Of a stretch of 64,000 nt of DNA, positions 1-12,039 are shown one piece after another. The translations under genes and the position numbers were made by a program. The notes below the pieces were generated by a model. It worked only from the letters and a program-made list of their open reading frames with translations. It made no database searches and was not told the origin of the DNA. This stretch comes from Octopus sinensis (Eukaryota). The stretch lies in assembly GCF_006345805.1 (NCBI RefSeq), contig NC_043003.1, forward strand, positions 30,132,001 to 30,196,000. Reading direction: 5' to 3'. The stretch's first letter is position 1. Each line of letters opens with the position of its first letter.

Positions 1-184
1 GGTCTCATTCCTAAGGTATTTTTCAATGTTATTATTATTATTCAGGTCACAGCTCTGAATCAAAATCTTAGGGTTAATAGCCCGTGCTCTTAGCTACTAT
101 GCTATATGCTTGTGGGCAATTATAGAGGGAATTTTAGGGCTTATAAATCTAATATTCTCCTATCCTTCCTTAATACCAGTTCCC

Positions 185-720
185 ATATGCTATTCATATC
201 TGCATTTGGTCTGCCTGTCCTAGCATATGTGCTGCTTCTTTTAGTTTTCATATTTTCCACTGGTGTTCTCTGTTTATTATTTTAACTTCACTCCACAGTG
301 GAAGGTGGTCTCCATTTCTCCATACATGATCAGCTATACCCGATTAATCAATATCTCCTCATGTCACAGCTTTGCAATGTTCCTCTACACTTTTTTTGCG
401 GGGGCAGCATGTTTCGCCTTTGTATAACCTACCACAGCTGCATGGGATGGAGTACAAATTTTTGGTCATATTCTCTTCTATTGGTGATTTTACTTGAAGG
501 AGATATTTGCGAAGTGTTCTATTACTCTTGAATACTGTCCTGATGTCATATGGGCCACATATCTTTCGTATCTTTTTGGAGAGGCCTTTCACATAGGGTA
601 GACAGACTGTGGACAGTTTATTGATTTCGTCCTCTCTTTTCTTCATAATTGGAATGGATAGTATATTTTTGGGGGTAGTTGTTGCTTGATAGATTGTTAC
701 TGAGCTGTGGCATTTCATTA
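185..720 (-). mobile_element. Penelope-like retroelement fragment (GIY-YIG endonuclease region), degraded
   Basis: ORF 359..718 reads LPYVKGLSKKIRKIC...LYSIPCSCGRLYKGET, matching the Penelope RT C-terminus and GIY-YIG motif (VYxIPCxCGxxYIGET). Manual translation past the ORF end gives GIADHVWRNGDHLPLW..EVKIINREHQWKI.KLKEAAHML, the usual endonuclease tail. Confidence 0.8.
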
Positions 721-2036
721 CACAATCATACTCTGTAGAATGATTTACTTGGCCCTAAAACATATTTCTATGAAACCTAGCATTACTAGGGCCAATCAGG
801 AAACTTTTATATGGTCACATAATCTACAAGAAATTGCAACCAATCTTCCTCAAATTCTACCTTACCTTCATAAAATCAAATATATCCAATGTAAAAAAAA
901 ATCCTGAAATTTCACAATACCATCATTCTTTGTACAAGAGTTACTTGGCTGTAAAATTTATTCCTTACAGCTGCCATTTCCTTAAACTTAGTATTGCAAC
1001 TATTTCTCTAACTCACAAAAATTAAACCTCATTTTAAACTACATATCCTTTTTCGTGAGTTCTACTAATAAAATAATGAGGTAGTCATAGTGACCATAAT
1101 GGGTTATAATTACAAAGCTCAGCTTTTTATCCAACTTTCTGGGCTGACATCTCGCTACTACTCTGATGAAGGCATTAGAACTACTCCATTCCTCTCCGAT
1201 GAATCTACCTCATTTCTTTTGTTAACCATTTTCCTCCTGTATTATGATTTAGTTCTTCAATGTTTTGATATATATGCAATACTTGAACACACCACCAGTG
1301 TCACTGGGTATTCTGGATCTTAAAACATACATCCTCATCCAGGCAATCCAACCTTAATTGATCAAGCCTAAGGTAAACAGCATTCTACTGACACCATTAA
1401 CCATCTCTTTTCAACTAGAACCATCTAGACACTTTCTCAACAGCTATATTGTTCTTGATGATTCTTTTGCTTGTTCCTGTAATACCCAGATTTTCATAGG
1501 CCTGACTTATAGTATGAACTGTAAACCCTCAGCTGCCAAGCTCCATTGGCAAAAACCTTGTTTTTCACCCACTCTTACAGCAATCCTCCACCAACTTCTG
1601 GTAATTGGCTCTCTTCTACTCATGTGCCTCCTGCATCCTCTCTTTCTAGGGCATAATTAATTCCAATAGGACTAGCAATCTCTCAGTCAGTTTTCTCAAG
1701 TGTCACACATCAAATTTGTCATCCCTTTCTTCTAAATTTTCTGTTTCTACAGTCAACAATTCGTAAAATCAGTTAACTAATTACTTAACACAAAAGTAAA
1801 CTAAAACCAGTGAATGTGTTATTATTGGCAGAACGGTGCTCCCAAAATACATCAACACATCAGAAATCTTGTAAAGCAGATACAAAAGTGACGTATTTTT
1901 GTCTCTGTGTAACCAGCCTGGATATTAATGTTAACCCAGAATATATCAGTAGAGAATATCACACATCTATATAAAGTTTAATAATAAATTATAACAACAC
2001 TTCAACTGTTACTTATTCTAATTTCTACAAATTACC

Positions 2037-2190
2037 TTCATCATCATCATCATCATCATTTAATGTCCATTGTTCATGTTGGCATGGGTTAGACGGTTTG
2101 ACCAGGGCTGGCAAGTTTGAAGGCTGCACCAGACTCCAGTTGGATTTGACATTGTTTCTATGGTTGGATGCCCTTCCTAACACCACCTTG
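2037..2190 (-). mobile_element. (GAT)n-tailed SINE / LINE 3'-end fragment, family A
   Basis: (CAT)n run followed by ttaatgtcc...ggcatgggtt...ggatgcccttcctaa, the reverse complement of the copies at 10.0 and 34.0 kb. Confidence 0.75.
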
Positions 2191-3039
2191 TCACATGTAA
2201 ATCTATATTCAATTTCATTACTATGTTTCTGAATATTCTAGAAAAAAGTTAAAAGAAATTTCAAGCTTATGCTTGAGAAAGGAAGATGATAAAACTATAT
2301 AAAAACATTGCAAATAGGTGAAATTTAAAAAAAATTAAACTGTGAATAATTTATTGAAGAATTTCTCAACTATGGAGAATATCTGGCTGGTGTGGTATGA
2401 TGAAATAGATTGTTTTAAAAAAGTTACGCATACAGGGTATCCAAAAGTTATCTTTATAACTATTACATTAAAGTTGAGCTCCATCAATCAACTTATTTGC
2501 ATGTTAAATAAATATCAGTGAAATTTTAATTTATGTACTTTGTTTTAATATTTAAATTAATTTCCTTTGTCTTTAAAGATGCTTATTATATACTATTTTT
2601 CATTTCTTACTGAATCTTTCAAATTGTAATGGTAATTTATAAACGACCTGTATTAAATATTAAAACAGTTATTTATAATTTTCCATATAATCAATTATTA
2701 TACTCTGATATATTCACATTAGCATCCTCATCTTGGTTGTTATTGTCACAATGTTTTGGATGATGTAACCTCCAACCTATTTCAAGTGTCTGTCATATTC
2801 AGTTACATATAATAGATTATTCTTATGCTGTTGTTCAAAGACATTCTCCTACATCTGATACTGCAAGATCAGTCTTCATAAACCAGAGATTAGCTGGAGT
2901 TTAGCTGAATTCAGCTAAACTACGAAAGAGAAAAAGAAAGTTTATACTTCCTAATTTCCACTAACTATTTGTCCAATGGGATAACACAATAATGAATATA
3001 ATCATTAAGTGCTAACTGTAATAGTTTTGCGGGTGATTT

Positions 3040-3370
3040 ATCATCATCATCATCGTTTAATGTCCGCTTTCCATGCTAGCATGGGTTGTATGATTTGACT
3101 GAGGTCTGGCAAGCCAGATGGCTACACCAGACTCCAATCTGATCTGGCAGAGTTTCTACAGCTGGATGCCCCTCCTAATGCCAACCACTCTGAGAGTGTA
3201 GTGGGTGCTTTTACATGCCACCAGCACAAGGGCCAGTCAGGCAGTACTGGCAACGGCCCGGCTCAAATGGTGCTTTTTATGTGCCATCTGCACAGGAGCC
3301 AGTCCAGTGGCACTGGCAACAACCTTGCTTAAATGTTTTTTCACGTACCACCAGCATGAGTGCCAGTTAG
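3040..3370 (-). mobile_element. (GAT)n-tailed SINE / LINE 3'-end fragment, family A, with internal ~55-bp tandem units
   Basis: catcatcatcgtttaatgtccgctttccatgctagcatgggttg... followed by about three tttta(c/t)(a/g)tgccacc units. Confidence 0.85.
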
Positions 3371-4179
3371 CTTAAGTTAGTAGATTTATAAGAGGGTTTA
3401 GTTGAAACTCTGAGTATGTTACTGAATATAGCAGGAACCTAATAGTTGGAGGTTAAAATGGTTGAAACCTTGACTACAACAACCACAATGAAAGTACTTA
3501 TCTGAATATCCCTATTTAATAATATCCTACATAAATGTTGAATGATTATTTGATTCCTCTAGTCATTTACATCATATAGAAAAAGGTGAAGAGAGTAAAT
3601 GAGATACAAGAGATTTAACATCAGTAGCATAGGGTGAATGTAAATACTAGGTTTATTGGCAGGAGTAAGAAAGGGAATAAATGACAAAATACTTATGGGA
3701 GAAGTTATCCAAATCAGAAATTTGCTTCATTTCATTGTATTTCAAGGAAATATTTTTCTTTTGAAAATTAATACTCATTTTATCATTCTGTACAAGCATT
3801 TAGGATTTTGATAAAAATTAAATTATAATTATTATATGCCATTCATGGTGGCGGTGGGTAATATTCTAGTATCAGTGTATAATAATAATTCCTTAACTCA
3901 GAACTCATGACAAAATTTTAATTAAAGTAACATAACAAAATTAAATGGACCCAACTTTCATTCATTTCTGTAATAAAAATATTACATTGACTGTCACATA
4001 AAAATTCCAATATTTCATTGTAATGTCTCACAAAAATTTCCTTCTCGTGAAGCAATAATAATTTGCCCAATTAATTCCAAGTAATTCTATGTTTAATGGT
4101 TTATCTTGCATTTAACGTCATTAGTGGTTAGTCAAGCTACCATTTTTAACAGCTGTTCTTCAACTGAAACCATGAGGAG

Positions 4180-5352
4180 TCACTCACCATTGTGAATACG
4201 TCTGTGACGGTTTAAATTCTGATTATCAGCATATGATTTACCACAAATATCACAGCTGTATGGTCTTTCACCTGTGTGACCACGTATATGAAGTGTTAAA
4301 TGACCTTTTTGAGAGAAGGATTTACCACAACTATCACAGTGAAATGGATTCTCACCTGTGTGAATACGTACATGTTGAGTTAGATGACCATTTTGAGAGA
4401 ATGTTTTACCACAAATATCACAGTGGTATGGTTTCTCACCTGTATGCATACGTATGTGTATAGTTAAACTATTACTCACAGCAAATCTTTTCCCACAGAT
4501 ATCACAGTGGTATGGGTTGTCACCTGTATGCATGCGTTTGTGTCTATTTAATGTGCTATTACCAGAGAATGTTTTTCCACAAATATCACAGTAAAATGGC
4601 TTCTCTCCTGTGTGAACTTGTTTGTGACGAGTCAACTTATTAGATTCAGAAAACGTTTTCCCACAGATATCACAATGGTATGGTTGCTCACCAGTGTGAA
4701 TGTGTTTGTGCTTAGTCATACTACCTCTTTCAGAGAATGTTTTCCCACAGACATCACAGTAATATGGCTTTTCATTTGTGTGAATGTATTTGTGTCTATT
4801 CAAATCATAACCCCGGGAAAATGTTTTAGCACAAATTCCACATTGATATGGTTTCTCTCCTGTGTGGACACGTTTATGAACAGTTAACACACTATTTTGT
4901 GAAAATGTTTTACCACAAATATCACAGTGATACGGTTTCTCACCTGAATGAGTATATTTGTGCGCAGACAAATGACCTTTCTGAGAGAATGTTCTACTAC
5001 AAATATCACAGTGATATGGCTTTTCACCAGTATGAATACGTTTGTGCTTGGTCAAATTACTACTGTCAGTGAAAATTTTGCCACAGATTATACATTGGTA
5101 AACTTTCTCCTCTTTCTGAACATTTTTATGCAAAGACAATGAACCATTTTTGGTAATGTTAAAATATTTAAGCTTTGAGTTTGTCTGGTGTAAGTTTTGC
5201 TTAAATAACAAGTTACATTTAGTAAATGTCTTATTGTTGATGTTTAAGTGATATGCTGTTTTCTGTGCATCTACACATGTATGAAGAGATGTGTCACTGA
5301 AGTTGAGCTGTGTTTGAGCATACAATTGACTTTTGTAAAGTTTATCCGCCAT
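4180..5352 (-). CDS. C2H2 zinc-finger protein, paralogue 1 (390 aa, 11 fingers)
   Basis: Intact ATG-to-stop ORF with 11 CxxC-x12-HxxxH fingers and TGEKP-type linkers. Helices: DSSNLTK, QKGHLSA, QNSVLTV, RGYDLNR, ERGSMTK, ESNKLTR, GNSTLNR, VSNSLTI, QNGHLTQ, QKGHLTL, DNQNLNR. Confidence 0.95.
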   Translation of the reverse strand: MADKLYKSQLYAQTQLNFSDTSLHTCVDAQKTAYHLNINNKTFTKCNLLFKQNLHQTNSKLKYFNITKNGSLSLHKNVQKEEKVYQCIICGKIFTDSSNLTKHKRIHTGEKPYHCDICSRTFSQKGHLSAHKYTHSGEKPYHCDICGKTFSQNSVLTVHKRVHTGEKPYQCGICAKTFSRGYDLNRHKYIHTNEKPYYCDVCGKTFSERGSMTKHKHIHTGEQPYHCDICGKTFSESNKLTRHKQVHTGEKPFYCDICGKTFSGNSTLNRHKRMHTGDNPYHCDICGKRFAVSNSLTIHIRMHTGEKPYHCDICGKTFSQNGHLTQHVRIHTGENPFHCDSCGKSFSQKGHLTLHIRGHTGERPYSCDICGKSYADNQNLNRHRRIHNGE

Positions 5353-6459
5353 AGCTTTCTTATAAATCTAGAAAAAGATTATTTTCAAATGTCGAATAAT
5401 AAATAAAGATGCTCTGACACTTTTCCAGATTTACTGCAACTATTCCAGTTTTATCATGTGCATCTCTGTAGCAGGATGGTCACACTGTGTCTCTGCATGT
5501 TGTAAAAGGTATATAAAAAAGTTGACAGCAAGAAGGGGATCTGGCTGTAAAATGCTGCCTCAGAAAACACATGACCCATGCCAGCATGGAAAAGCAGATA
5601 TGAAACTGATGATGATTCTCAACAATTTCTTAAGTCGTAATGCATTTTTTTCTTATAAAAAGTGATATTTGACATCTGTAGATGAGTCAATCATAAAGAA
5701 ACAGTTATAAATCTTTTATTAGTTTTTTTTCTTTCTTGGAGTTAAAGTGGAATTAGAAACTAGCAAATGAACTGACTCCAGTTCTCAGGAAGACAAACAA
5801 ATATGGAAGTCATTACGCCAAGACAGTCCCTATGATATCATGTTTATACTGTAATCTGTTTATAAACTTAATTTAAATTTCACAGAAACTTAATTAAGGT
5901 TATAAAGAACAGTTTTTTTCTTTTGATAATGCCTGTCTTCTGTTTTCAAAATTTGATATATTTCTGGATATATCTTGAATCAGTAATTACCATTTGAATG
6001 TTCCCACAAACTCTGAAATAAAGAATATAAGGTAGAAAGGACAATGAAAATGAACATGTAAGTTATTACAGAAGGACCTTAAACAGACATGAAATAGAAA
6101 GGTAAAAAAAAATACATAGAGGAAAGACACAATTATATGGATAATGTGATAAAAGGATGAGGACTTAAGAAAGGAGATAGAATGGGATACATAAATCTAT
6201 TCTATAATAGTTTAATGAATGTAACTTTTACAAGAAAGCAATTATTAAAATGTACACTACCTAGAAAAGTTTTATAAATTCCAATTTTAATGTATTTCTT
6301 TTTAGCAAAATGTGATTTTCAAGATTTTTTTTATTATTGAAGAGTTCAGCTTCATGATTCAATAACAAAACAAATCTTTATTTACTGTGACATAGTTATT
6401 TAACTCTGCAAGATAGTGATTTTTAATGTTTCTGTCCCTACCTGGCATACCTACAGAAT

Positions 6460-7240
6460 TGTACCCCATCCAACTTTGTTTCCTCATAACTTTCTGAAAA
6501 ACAGATATTTTTAATAAAATTTTTTTAAAAATATGTTTCAGATGGTTTAGATTACAATCATATCAGAATTTGTTAAAATCTTTTTCAGATGTGGTGGGGA
6601 GAAGAGCTTCAGATAATTCTTTTGCTTCAACTTTGTTTCTTCATAACTTTCTGAAAAATTAGTCCTTTTTAATGCAATTGTCTACAAATACCTATCAGAT
6701 TGTGCAAATTATAATTACAACTGAATTTAATGGAATAGGAGTGGGTGGATATATCATACATCTCAATTTTGTTTCCTCATACATTTTGATGATATTGATT
6801 ACAAATTACATAGAAAAAAATATTACTTTGAGAACAATTCTACCGTTTCCTGAAAATTCTCCGAAAGAAATCTTTGTAGAAAGGAGAGTACATTGCTAAC
6901 ACTAATTATTGGTTACATGTTTCTTTCATTAATTTACGGCAGCTTTAATCTCTATCTTTTAAACAAACTCAAATGTAGCCCATACTCTACATGGTTGTTT
7001 AGTATGTTAGAAATAGCAGGGATCATGTGGGCTTCAAAAGTAACCTGTTTTTTAAACATAATTGTAATTTGCATCATCAAAATATATGAGAAAACTAAGT
7101 GGAGATGTGTAAAATATCTCCCACATCCATTCTTTCCCCATATTAAATTCTGATATAATCACAATATACACCATCTGAAAGGTATTTGAAAATTGCATTA
7201 AAAAATACCCCTTTTCAGAAAGTTATGAAGAAAGTCAGAC
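6460..7240. repeat. Degenerate foldback-type repeat (direct units plus one inverted unit)
   Basis: Direct units containing tttgtttc(c/t)tcataactttctgaaaaa at ~6475 and ~6632, and an inverted unit (ttttcagaaagttatgaagaaag) at ~7212. Resembles the 18.9-20.0 kb repeat units. Confidence 0.55.
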
Positions 7241-7594
7241 AGTAAACACTTATGCAGTTCTGCCCTAAATTTACTTACTAATCAAGTTCTATGAGACATA
7301 AATGATAAGAAAATTTAGATATATCAGAAAAATTACACAAATTGAGAATCAAGTGTGTAAATATCATTTAGCAACTTGTAAGTCTTTCTGCTAATAAAAC
7401 AATACATAATCATTTGTATTGGAGCTATGTACAAACAGATAATCCAGGATCAATATCTGCATAAAAAAAAACAATAGTTTCTTTTTTTAATAGATTGTTA
7501 AGGAAAGAATGGTCAATTCTTGTAGCTGTTGTAGGCCCACTGATTGATGTTGTTAGTGTTTCTCTTGAACAGTTGCAGTTTGATTGTTGCAATA

Positions 7595-7985
7595 GGCGCA
7601 GGAGTAGCTGTGTGGTAAGTAGCTTGTTTACCAACCACATGGTTCCAGGTTCAGTCCCACTGCGTGGCATCTTGGGCAAGTGTCTTGTACTATAGCCTCA
7701 GGCTGACCAAAGCCTTGTGAGTGGATTTGGTAGACGGAAACTGAAAGAAGCCTGTCGTATATATATATGCATGTGTGTGTTTGTGTGTCTGTTTGTCCCC
7801 CTATGCTTGACAACCGATGCTGGTGTGTTTATGTCCCCGTTACTTAGCGGTTCGGCAAAAGAGACCGATAGAATAAGTACTGGGCTTACAAAAGAATAAG
7901 TCCCGGGGTCGAGTTGCTCGACTAAAGGCGGTGCTCCAGCATGGCCTCAGTCAAATGACTGAAACACGTAAAAGAGTAAAGAGAG
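7595..7985 (+). mobile_element. tRNA-derived SINE, family B (near full length)
   Basis: Head ggcgcaggagtagctgtgtggtaag...ggttcagtccc with Pol III A/B-box-like motifs, central (TA)(TG) microsatellite and tail aaatgactgaaac..gtaaaagagtaa. A near-identical copy lies at 22.2 kb. Confidence 0.85.
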
Positions 7986-9566
7986 AAGAAATTCTAGAAG
8001 ATCAACAAACTAACAAGGAAGAATTGATAAAAGTACTTGGTGTGGGACGTAGTGGTGTAGACACAAGCCCCCACCCCACACAGAAAGATGAGCTACAAGA
8101 GAATCATAAGTGCGTGAGTTAGGTGACAGGAGACTGGTCAATGATGGAATGACAGAAGAGATACCATGATTGTGGGTCAGAAGTTGGAATGTACTGGTGA
8201 GTGACTAAAGGCCAATTAGTCGGGTGCCCTTTCTCTGGATGTGGTCCAAGATGTCTGTGTGTATCCGCTTAATGGGCTTCTGCACAATTTCCGTCAACTC
8301 AATTTCACTCACAAGATCGAACTGAAACTATTTGCCCAAGATGTGTCGGAGAGAGAGAGAGACAGACAGACAGACAGATGGTAAGCTATCGTAAAGACAA
8401 AGCCTAGAGTAGCTGATAGGATTGGAATGCTCTTTTACTTGAACTAGTTAATGAAAACTATTTTGATATAAATTACACTGATGTTAAGTAACGTATTGTT
8501 TTTTGTTGAACTATTATTATGTCTAAATTCACGCCTTGACACACCGATGAAAAACATGTAGATACATTGTCACAGAAAATAAACAATGAATATGTTTTCA
8601 TTTAGTAATTGTCTATAAGCATGTTATTTAGCACGTGTCTGATTAGAGAATGTCTGACGAGAAACTATAAACAACGATAAGAAGGCAAGCAGAATAAGAA
8701 ATTTAATAACAATTTTATCACGACTGATTATTGTTTAACATCTCCATTCATTTTGATGTTTTTAGATTTTGTTAAAGTAAATATAATTAAGCGCACTGAA
8801 TACAATATAAACATATGTATATTTATTGTCAAAACAAATTCTCGATAGAATTCAGTAGGCTCCGTTGAACCTTGGGGGTGTGCAACCAATTAAAACACTT
8901 GGTGCTGCATTGATGCCCTTCCCCCACTTCTCCTTTTTCTTTTCTCTCCCTTTTTTTTTTCTTTTCGTTGTCTTCCTTTTGTAAAAAACTTATATTATGA
9001 AAGAATCACAACTATTGCTACATTAATAAAAATTTAGAATTTGAAGACACAAAAACCGAGACAGAAAGTCAACGTGACAAACTATAAATTAGGAATTCTA
9101 GATGTCCAAAATATATTAAAACTGTATAAACTGATTTGATTGAAATTCAGTTGATAAAGATGTATGACAATGGGAAACATTATAATAATCCGTCACAGTT
9201 AATAGCAAATACTTCAAGATCATGCATATTGACGATAAATAGTTTCAAAAACTGAACACCAGAATGATTTTTCCATGAATGTAAATAACAACTTGCCAGC
9301 TTAGTCCACGTAGATGTTACTACACATAAACATATTCAACAATTAGCTGCAGAAAAACAGATCAACTTACTGTTTCCTTTCTGTTTTTCACGCTGCTTGG
9401 TGAAATATTGAAAGTCGAACTGCTTTGTGGATATCTACGAACATACTGTAGTAAACGGCAGTGTTTACGCGAAATGTAGTAAACATACATTTGACGAAGT
9501 TCATTGACAACATACGACACAAGCCTGTCATAATACCGTTATGCAGACCTAATTAATCCATAGAAT

Positions 9567-9587
9567 CATCGGCCGCGCTTTCGTAAA
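9567..9587 (-). promoter_or_regulatory. Conserved upstream motif of paralogue 1 (TTTACGAAAGCGCGGCCGATG)
   Basis: Lies ~200 bp upstream of the first-exon donor. Near-identical motifs occupy the equivalent position in paralogues 3, 4 and 5. Confidence 0.7.
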
Positions 9588-10044
9588 AGGACCTTTCTCT
9601 CACTCATCATTTTGTTTGATTAAATATACACAAGACGTAGAATGTAAAACCTCCTTTAAATAATACAAATTATGAAGACTGTAAGCAATTCCATTAATGT
9701 TGATATGACTAAAAGGTTTAGAAAGAAACATTTGTAGTGGTAGGTATGCCTGTGTGCGAAGAAATTTGATGTCCAACATGCGGTTACAAGTTCAATTTCA
9801 CTGCATGGCACCTTGGCGATTGTCTTTTACAATTGCTCCAGGCTGACTAAAGCTTTATAAGTGGATTTGATAGACAGAAACTTTAAAAAAGCTTGTTACA
9901 TAATGTGTGTGCGAGTGTTAAAGCCGTCTAAGGATCCATAAATCTGGAAAAAATGCACTTGTATATGTCAGTAGAATGGGTATATTAATTGAAGGTGTAC
10001 AGTATTATATATCCATCACAGCCGATTTTACCAATTGGTTTTGC

Positions 10045-10336
10045 ACGTGGCCGATGCCAGCGCCGCCTCGACTGGCTTCCATGCCGGTGGCACGTAAAAA
10101 GTACCAATCCGACCGTGGCCGTTGCCAGCCTCGCCTGGCACCTGTGCGGGTGGCATGTAAAAAGCACCCACTACACTCACGGAGTGGTTGGCGTTAGGAA
10201 GGGCATCCAGCTGTAGAAACATTGCCAGATAAGACTGGAGCCTGGTGCAGCCTTCTGGCTTCCCAGATCCCCAGTCGAACCGTCCAACCCATGCTAGCAT
10301 GGAGAACGGACGTTAAACGATGATGATGATGATGAT
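10045..10336 (+). mobile_element. (GAT)n-tailed SINE / LINE 3'-end fragment, family A
   Basis: Two gtggccg(a/t)tgccagc...ggtggca(c/t)gtaaaaag units, conserved body, and 3' end cggacgttaaacgatgatgatgatgatgat. Confidence 0.85.
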
Positions 10337-10511
10337 TCAACAGTGTTAAATAAGTTTGATTATTTAACCCTGCACTCTTCAGAGGTAGCCATTATGGAAT
10401 GAAATATGGTGACTCTTCTCTTCTCAATCATATATAATAATAATAATGAAATTATTGTATACAGTGCTCAGGTGCACTCATCTCCTGCAGTAGCCTTGTG
10501 TACAAATGAGT

Positions 10512-10515
<4 letters not shown>

Positions 10516-10575
<60 letters not shown>
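10516..10575. repeat. (AT)n microsatellite, ~30 units
   Basis: Directly visible. Confidence 0.95.
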
Positions 10576-10578
<3 letters not shown>

Positions 10579-12039
10579 TGTAAATTTGGAGGGCTATATC
10601 TGGGCAAATACCATGCTGGCTCTTAGTTATGTTCTCGGTTACAGGTAACCACATCAGTTACTATTTAACATCTATGATGTAACAACCATAAAAATATGCC
10701 GTATGAATTTATAAAATAAAAGGAAATAAACTCCTACTTCATTATAATTATTGCTTGTGTGTGTGTGGTTGTCACCTACTACTGCTTGACAATCTGTGTT
10801 GGTGGGTTTACATCCTTGCAACTTAGTAATTCACCAAAAAGAAACTGATAAAATAAGTACCAGGCTTAAAATAAGTACTGGGGACAATTAGACAAAATCC
10901 CTTAAGGCAGTGCCCAAGCATGGCTGCAGTCCAATGACTGAAACAAATAAAAGTAAAAGAAAAAAGGAAAAATAGGAAATACTTAAGTTCATTTATAGAA
11001 ATGGAATCTAATGTTTTGGGGCTGTTCTTTCATCTAAGATGTGTTCACATGTCACTGTGATAAATATATAAATAAACTGGAAAAGAAAAACATTAAGCAA
11101 TGGCTAAAATATTTCCATTGTCTCAGCAAATAAGAAAGACAATTCCAGACTTGTTTAGAGTTTATTCTAAGCTCAACATTTAAAAATTATCAGTTTATAT
11201 GGCTTCTAATTGAAACAATATCTTTCAAAACATCCTTCATGTACACTGTACTTTACTAAATAATAATTAAGTCTATAAATACAGTTGTAAGATTTCAAAT
11301 ATTCTATGTTCAAGGAAGACTAAAAAAAAAAATGGTTTTGCAATGTAAGGTTCCAACCAAGTTCTGGTATCAATGAAAACATAGTATAAAACAATACTTT
11401 GGAGAAATTCATAACTCTCAGTTATCTAAAGTGAGTGAAAGTAGAAAATTACCAATTGATTATTTTTACTTTTTATTGATTTTACACAATTTATAAATAT
11501 TTTAGAGACATAACTCCTGACTGCCAGCTGTAGAGTATAAAAAGAGCATAGAAATAGAGAAACGGATTACTAAAATGAAAAATGTAATCAGAATAAAATT
11601 ATTGGGGAATGAGGATACTGAAGACAAGGCAGTTTTGCTAGAGAGAGAGAGAGAAAGGAGAAAGATTAAAAGAATTATTTGGTGAACAAATTGTAATAAC
11701 AGAGTTGCTGGTTCGAAGCGACGAACTACCACCAGTAGTACATAGTAAATTGAAAGTAAGTGAAATTTGTAAAACTTAAAATAATGTTTAAAAAATGATT
11801 AGCTATGATGTATCAACCCAGATACTGCTTCTACAAACCACTCTGATACCATCAAGCTGAATGATGGCTAGCTTGATAATTACAACATGACAGCTAGTGG
11901 AAGCCATCATAATTCAAACCAAGAACATGTCCACTCAGCACTCTTACAAACCTATTACCTTACACAACAGCAAGTTTACAGAGCAGAACTTTGCAAAAGC
12001 CTATTTTATTTCTTACAAACCTACACATATCCTTGGCAG

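Larger units (their letters stand above)
6013..9370 (-). other. 5'-UTR intron of paralogue 1
   Basis: Minus-strand donor CA|GTAAGTTGATC at 9370 and acceptor CTTTCTACCTTATATTCTTTATTTCAG| ending at 6013. Both sites are conserved in paralogues 2-4. Confidence 0.7.

Noticed and set aside
7595-7680. tRNA-like heads with A/B boxes (also at 22.2, 61.0, 62.4, 63.6 kb)
   Set aside because: No complete cloverleaf; each continues into a SINE body, so these are not tRNA genes.
10406-10648. ORFs rich in YI/IY/HT repeats (also 16266, 19267, 19350)
   Set aside because: They are translations of microsatellites.
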